From Candidatus Woesearchaeota archaeon (GTDB lineage: Archaea; Nanobdellota; Nanobdellia; Woesearchaeales; JAZDKJ01): a stretch of DNA of 10,208 nucleotides. The notes under the pieces were generated by a model. It was not told where the DNA came from and searched no databases. It saw nothing but the letters and a program-made list of their open reading frames with translations. Positions 7,043-10,208 of this stretch are shown piece after piece. The DNA is taken from NCBI GenBank assembly GCA_043803105.1, contig JAZDKJ010000011.1, positions 1 to 10,208 on the forward strand. Reading direction: 5' to 3'. Each line of letters begins with the position of its first letter. Position 1 is the first letter of the stretch. A program made the translations under genes and the position numbers.

Positions 7043-8046
7043 TAACGGCAAAAGAGCATGGAGAATTCGTAGCAGCATATTCAAGCGAAACAGCAAGATT
7101 CTATTGGCTTAAAGGCATAAGTGTGGAAAAGGCAAAGGAGATGAAATTAGAAGAACTGAAACCATTTCTCGCAGACCCTCGAGAGTTTAATGGAATGCTC
7201 AAAGGACCTCTGAGCGCATGCATTGAAATAACACCAAACTGCAACCTTCAATGCCCAGTCTGCTTTGCTGACAAGGACAGGCCAGAGCCGTCGGGAGAGA
7301 CACTGGAGAAACGACTAAAGGCAATGAGCGATGCTGGTGGGGTGAGGATTGATTTGGCTGGCGGAGAACCTACTATCAGAAAGGACTTTGCAGACATTGT
7401 TCATCGATGCATTGACCTCGGCATGTACCCTATCATGTCGACCAACGGGCTGATGAGCGACCAGAACCTGGAAATTGTGAGACAGCTAAAGCCCCAGATA
7501 CGGGTGAGCATACACAGCCTGTTCCCAGAGGATTACGGGCTTAAGTGTACAGAATCAGGGGTTCTCAACAGGATATTCAATAATGTCAGTAAACTCGCAG
7601 AATATGGGCTAAACCCTGGAATCCAGTGCGTTGTAACAAAGAGCACTGCAGGGCAGGTTGAACAGATTATCCAAAAGGTCACAGAACTAGGTTGCAAGTC
7701 AATTTCGTTAATGCAATTCGTACCACACGGGCCAGCGCTTGCAAGGAAAGCAGAATTCTTCGTGAATGACACGCATTTCTATGCGATGGTGGGCAAAATG
7801 CAGCAAAGGTTTGAAGGCAAAATCAAAGTGACAGGCTTTGGAATAAGCACCAGGAGCAACTACCTTGTCTCGGTGGAAACAGATGGCAATGTGTATTGTA
7901 ATCTGCCTGCAGAGCCTTACTACAAAAGCTGTGGAAATATAGACAACACTAGTTTCGGGGAGCTTTTTGCTGACAAGGATTTTGACCATAAGAAGCATGT
8001 GATACATTACGCGTTAAGAGGAAACAACGAACTAGCGGGGAGGTAA
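7039..8046 (+). CDS. Radical SAM protein, function unknown, with Cys-poor C-terminal extension
   Basis: CNLQCPVC (CxxxCxxC), GGEP, STNG, VSIHS and C-terminal 'VETDGNVYC...GNI'. The start is placed at the ATG at 7039 because it forms an ATGA overlap with the ATPase stop (the track gives 7024). Confidence 0.9.
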   Translation: MITAKEHGEFVAAYSSETARFYWLKGISVEKAKEMKLEELKPFLADPREFNGMLKGPLSACIEITPNCNLQCPVCFADKDRPEPSGETLEKRLKAMSDAGGVRIDLAGGEPTIRKDFADIVHRCIDLGMYPIMSTNGLMSDQNLEIVRQLKPQIRVSIHSLFPEDYGLKCTESGVLNRIFNNVSKLAEYGLNPGIQCVVTKSTAGQVEQIIQKVTELGCKSISLMQFVPHGPALARKAEFFVNDTHFYAMVGKMQQRFEGKIKVTGFGISTRSNYLVSVETDGNVYCNLPAEPYYKSCGNIDNTSFGELFADKDFDHKKHVIHYALRGNNELAGR

Positions 8047-8047
8047 A

Positions 8048-8830
8048 ATGAAAGTGGAAATACTTGGCCTCGCTGAGGGAATGTCACGCTCAAGGATGGA
8101 CAGTAAGACCCTGGGTGAGCAATACGCCTTTGTCCTGTTTGGCAGGTGCAATTTCAGGTGCGGCTATTGCTTTATGGGCGGCTATGAGACACGGCAGACT
8201 GACAGCCTCCCTGGAGCCAAGATTATAGACCTTGATCAAGTTATTGGGTTTGTGGATGAACAGATAGGAAAGGCACACCCAATAAGGCTCACTGGCGGAG
8301 AGCCAACCCTCTTTCCTGATGCAATAACAATATTGGCGCAGCACATTAAAGCGAAAGATGGCTATTTGTCAATCGCAACAAACGGGTCGAATCCAGATAT
8401 CGTAGAAAGGCTGTTTCCTTACCTTGATGAGATTTCGGTGGGAATCAAGGCAACACCACCTGAAGTCAAGAGGCTAACAGGAGCGGCGATTGAAGACTGC
8501 TGGTACAAACCATTGGAGCTGTTCCGCAGGCTTAAGGCTTACAAGGGCAATTTACAGGTCAACCAAGTAGTGACTGAATCGAGCAGATATGAAGAGGTTG
8601 AGCAATTAGCAAAATACATTCCAACTAATGCGAGCTGGAGGATCAAGCCGGCACTGGCAGTAAGGCATGAATTGAGCTTGCATGGCGAGCACTCGATACA
8701 CAAGAGCAACCATTTCAAGGAGATAACTCGCGGTACAGCTGATGAATGGGCGGAAAAACTTCAGAGAAAGCACCCGCACCTTAAGATAATCAGCACGGGC
8801 AGTGAGATTGAGAAGAGGCTTAAACAATGA
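8048..8830 (+). CDS. Short radical SAM protein, organic-radical-activating enzyme-like (NrdG/PflA/QueE-related)
   Basis: N-proximal RCNFRCGYC, LTGGEPTL and 'ATNGSNPDIVERL...DEISVGIKA'. A GGAGGT SD lies just upstream, and the gene starts 1 nt after the previous stop. Confidence 0.85.
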   Translation: MKVEILGLAEGMSRSRMDSKTLGEQYAFVLFGRCNFRCGYCFMGGYETRQTDSLPGAKIIDLDQVIGFVDEQIGKAHPIRLTGGEPTLFPDAITILAQHIKAKDGYLSIATNGSNPDIVERLFPYLDEISVGIKATPPEVKRLTGAAIEDCWYKPLELFRRLKAYKGNLQVNQVVTESSRYEEVEQLAKYIPTNASWRIKPALAVRHELSLHGEHSIHKSNHFKEITRGTADEWAEKLQRKHPHLKIISTGSEIEKRLKQ

Positions 8831-9873
8831 TGCACACAATAAATCTGGAAAAGGAAAACGTGGACAAAGGAAGACGCTTGCATGAAGAGATGAATAAATA
8901 CTTTGTTGAAAACAAAATTGAGCCGTTGAGCTTGGTCTTAAGGGCTGTAAGGGAAGACGGGCTATGCAGGATTCTGCAGTTTGGCAATGACCGCACAGAC
9001 GAGTCGAGGCTGTACGAAGATTGTGAGGTCGTTTTAATGAACAAGCTCGGGCTAAAGCCAGGACAGTTGACATTTGGGATTTACACCAATAGGCCAAGGG
9101 GTTATGAGTGGGTGGTGAACGAAAAGTTCAAGGGAGAAGGCATCGTTTACCTTGCATTATTCAAGCGGGGGAATGACTTCAAGATGGAAGATAATCCTCC
9201 CTCCAAGGAAGGCCTGATGTGCCTTGACGAGGTAATCAAGCAGATTACTGGTTGGGAGAGAAGAGAATGCATGTTTTATTTCCCTGAAACATTGGATCCG
9301 AAATCTATACTCCTTGGCTATGTGAGGGTGCAGCTCAGCGAAACAAAACCATTGGACGGAATTACGCAACTGATTGAGAAGCTACACTCTGGAGAGGCTC
9401 AAGCTAAGGCCACACTGGAACTTAAGCAAAAACTGCCCAACGAAAAAGCGAAGGGATTGATCAAGGAGCTTGAGGCTGTAAAACAGTACGACCGGGCTGC
9501 AAAGCTCGCAAAGTTGAATGCAATCAACTATGATGCAGGACCTTACGTGAGAAAATTCATCTCAAAAGCCAGGTTCGGAGATGCTGCAATGATTCTCATG
9601 GCTATCGGTGAATATGGTTTCGCAATACAGATGCTTGCTCAGGAAGAGAAGTTTGGAAACGGAAAAAACAGCCACACCACTCCACTTTCTGAAGCGAGGC
9701 ATGCTGAGAAGAGGCATAACTATGTGGAGGCAATGAATGCCTATGAAAAAGCCTTGGCGTTTGATGAGGCTGGAAGAATTGCCGGGAGGCTCGGGCTGAT
9801 TGAAAGACAGGGGCTTTATGACACCATGGATAAGTTGTGCAGGAATCATGGAAAGATGCGTGGGACAAGCTGA
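8827..9873 (+). CDS. Hypothetical protein with C-terminal alpha-helical (TPR/SNAP-like) repeats
   Basis: 348-aa ORF with an ATGA overlap to the upstream gene. Repeating Ala/aromatic helical patterns: QYDRAAKL, RFGDAAMI, EYGFAIQM, NYVEAMNAYEKA, AFDEAGRI. Confidence 0.7.
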   Translation: MMHTINLEKENVDKGRRLHEEMNKYFVENKIEPLSLVLRAVREDGLCRILQFGNDRTDESRLYEDCEVVLMNKLGLKPGQLTFGIYTNRPRGYEWVVNEKFKGEGIVYLALFKRGNDFKMEDNPPSKEGLMCLDEVIKQITGWERRECMFYFPETLDPKSILLGYVRVQLSETKPLDGITQLIEKLHSGEAQAKATLELKQKLPNEKAKGLIKELEAVKQYDRAAKLAKLNAINYDAGPYVRKFISKARFGDAAMILMAIGEYGFAIQMLAQEEKFGNGKNSHTTPLSEARHAEKRHNYVEAMNAYEKALAFDEAGRIAGRLGLIERQGLYDTMDKLCRNHGKMRGTS

Positions 9874-9886
9874 GGACAGGCACAAA

Positions 9887-10208
9887 ATGAGAAAGGCAGA
9901 CCTGCATATCCATTCATATTACTCAACGGGCCGATTACGTCCAAAGGTAATAATGGCATGGGCAGCCGAAAAGGGGATATCTTTCATATCAATCACAGAC
10001 TACAACTCTGTTTCTGGACTTGAAGAGGCAGTAACGGAATCAAATAGCTTACCTGTACATGTCATTCAAGGAATAGAATTGCCTGCCGTGCCAGCTGACA
10101 TACTTGCATATTTCATTGATTATAAATCCGAAGGACTACAAAAGAAGCTTACTGAAATCTCAAGATGCTTTGAAGATGAAATAATTGAGCAGATAGAGTC
10201 ACTTCGAA
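9887..10208 (+). CDS. PHP-domain (TrpH/YciV-like) phosphoesterase-family protein, 3'-truncated
   Basis: Manual translation gives MRKADLHIHSYYSTGRLRPKVIMAWAAEKGISFISITDYNSVSGLEEA...VIQGIEL...DILAYFID..., open to the window end. DLHxH, ITD and GIE are PHP motifs. A GAGGA lies upstream. It is absent from the ORF track. Confidence 0.85.
   Translation, partial: MRKADLHIHSYYSTGRLRPKVIMAWAAEKGISFISITDYNSVSGLEEAVTESNSLPVHVIQGIELPAVPADILAYFIDYKSEGLQKKLTEISRCFEDEIIEQIESLR

Noticed and set aside
7039-8046. Calling radical SAM 1 a prokaryotic viperin
   Set aside because: It lacks the viperin-type N.H....CNY.C.FCF context (here CIEITPNCNLQCPVCF). Only a loose C-terminal resemblance exists.
7039-9886. 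RiPP cluster with a precursor peptide
   Set aside because: No intergenic space for a precursor, no full SPASM motif, and the transporter is an importer type rather than a peptide exporter.
769-9913. The remaining short ORFs in the track (e.g. 8606-9097, 6331-6675, 9562-9885, 1829-2068)
   Set aside because: They lie antisense or out of frame, wholly or largely within supported genes, and lack protein-family motifs. They are treated as shadow ORFs.

Overview
Gene-dense archaeal window, inferred to be DPANN (Woesearchaeota-like). The evidence is TTTATATA boxes at leaderless spacing, GGTGA/GGAGGT Shine-Dalgarno sites, an archaeal AbrB-PhoU regulator and a surface protein with a 'GITSLAV' leader and 'GWSxxEI' tail. 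The left edge holds the 3' part of a Trm11/TrmG10-type tRNA methyltransferase. On the minus strand lie an AbrB-PhoU regulator and a 49-aa gene missed by the ORF track. That small gene resembles a stand-alone IS1634 N-terminal beta-sheet DNA-binding domain, has three GTAGTGCCTAAA direct repeats in its promoter, and is coupled by a GTGA overlap to a 909-aa multidomain membrane-anchored surface protein. Divergently on the plus strand is a tightly packed operon: an SsuABC/TauABC/NMT1-type ABC importer, two different radical SAM enzymes, a helical-repeat hypothetical protein and a PHP-domain protein with altered metal ligands (truncated at the right edge, also missed by the ORF track). The best candidates for undescribed systems are the uptake plus dual radical SAM plus PHP operon, and the microprotein/direct-repeat switch on the surface protein. 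All family calls come from reading motifs by eye, with no database searches.
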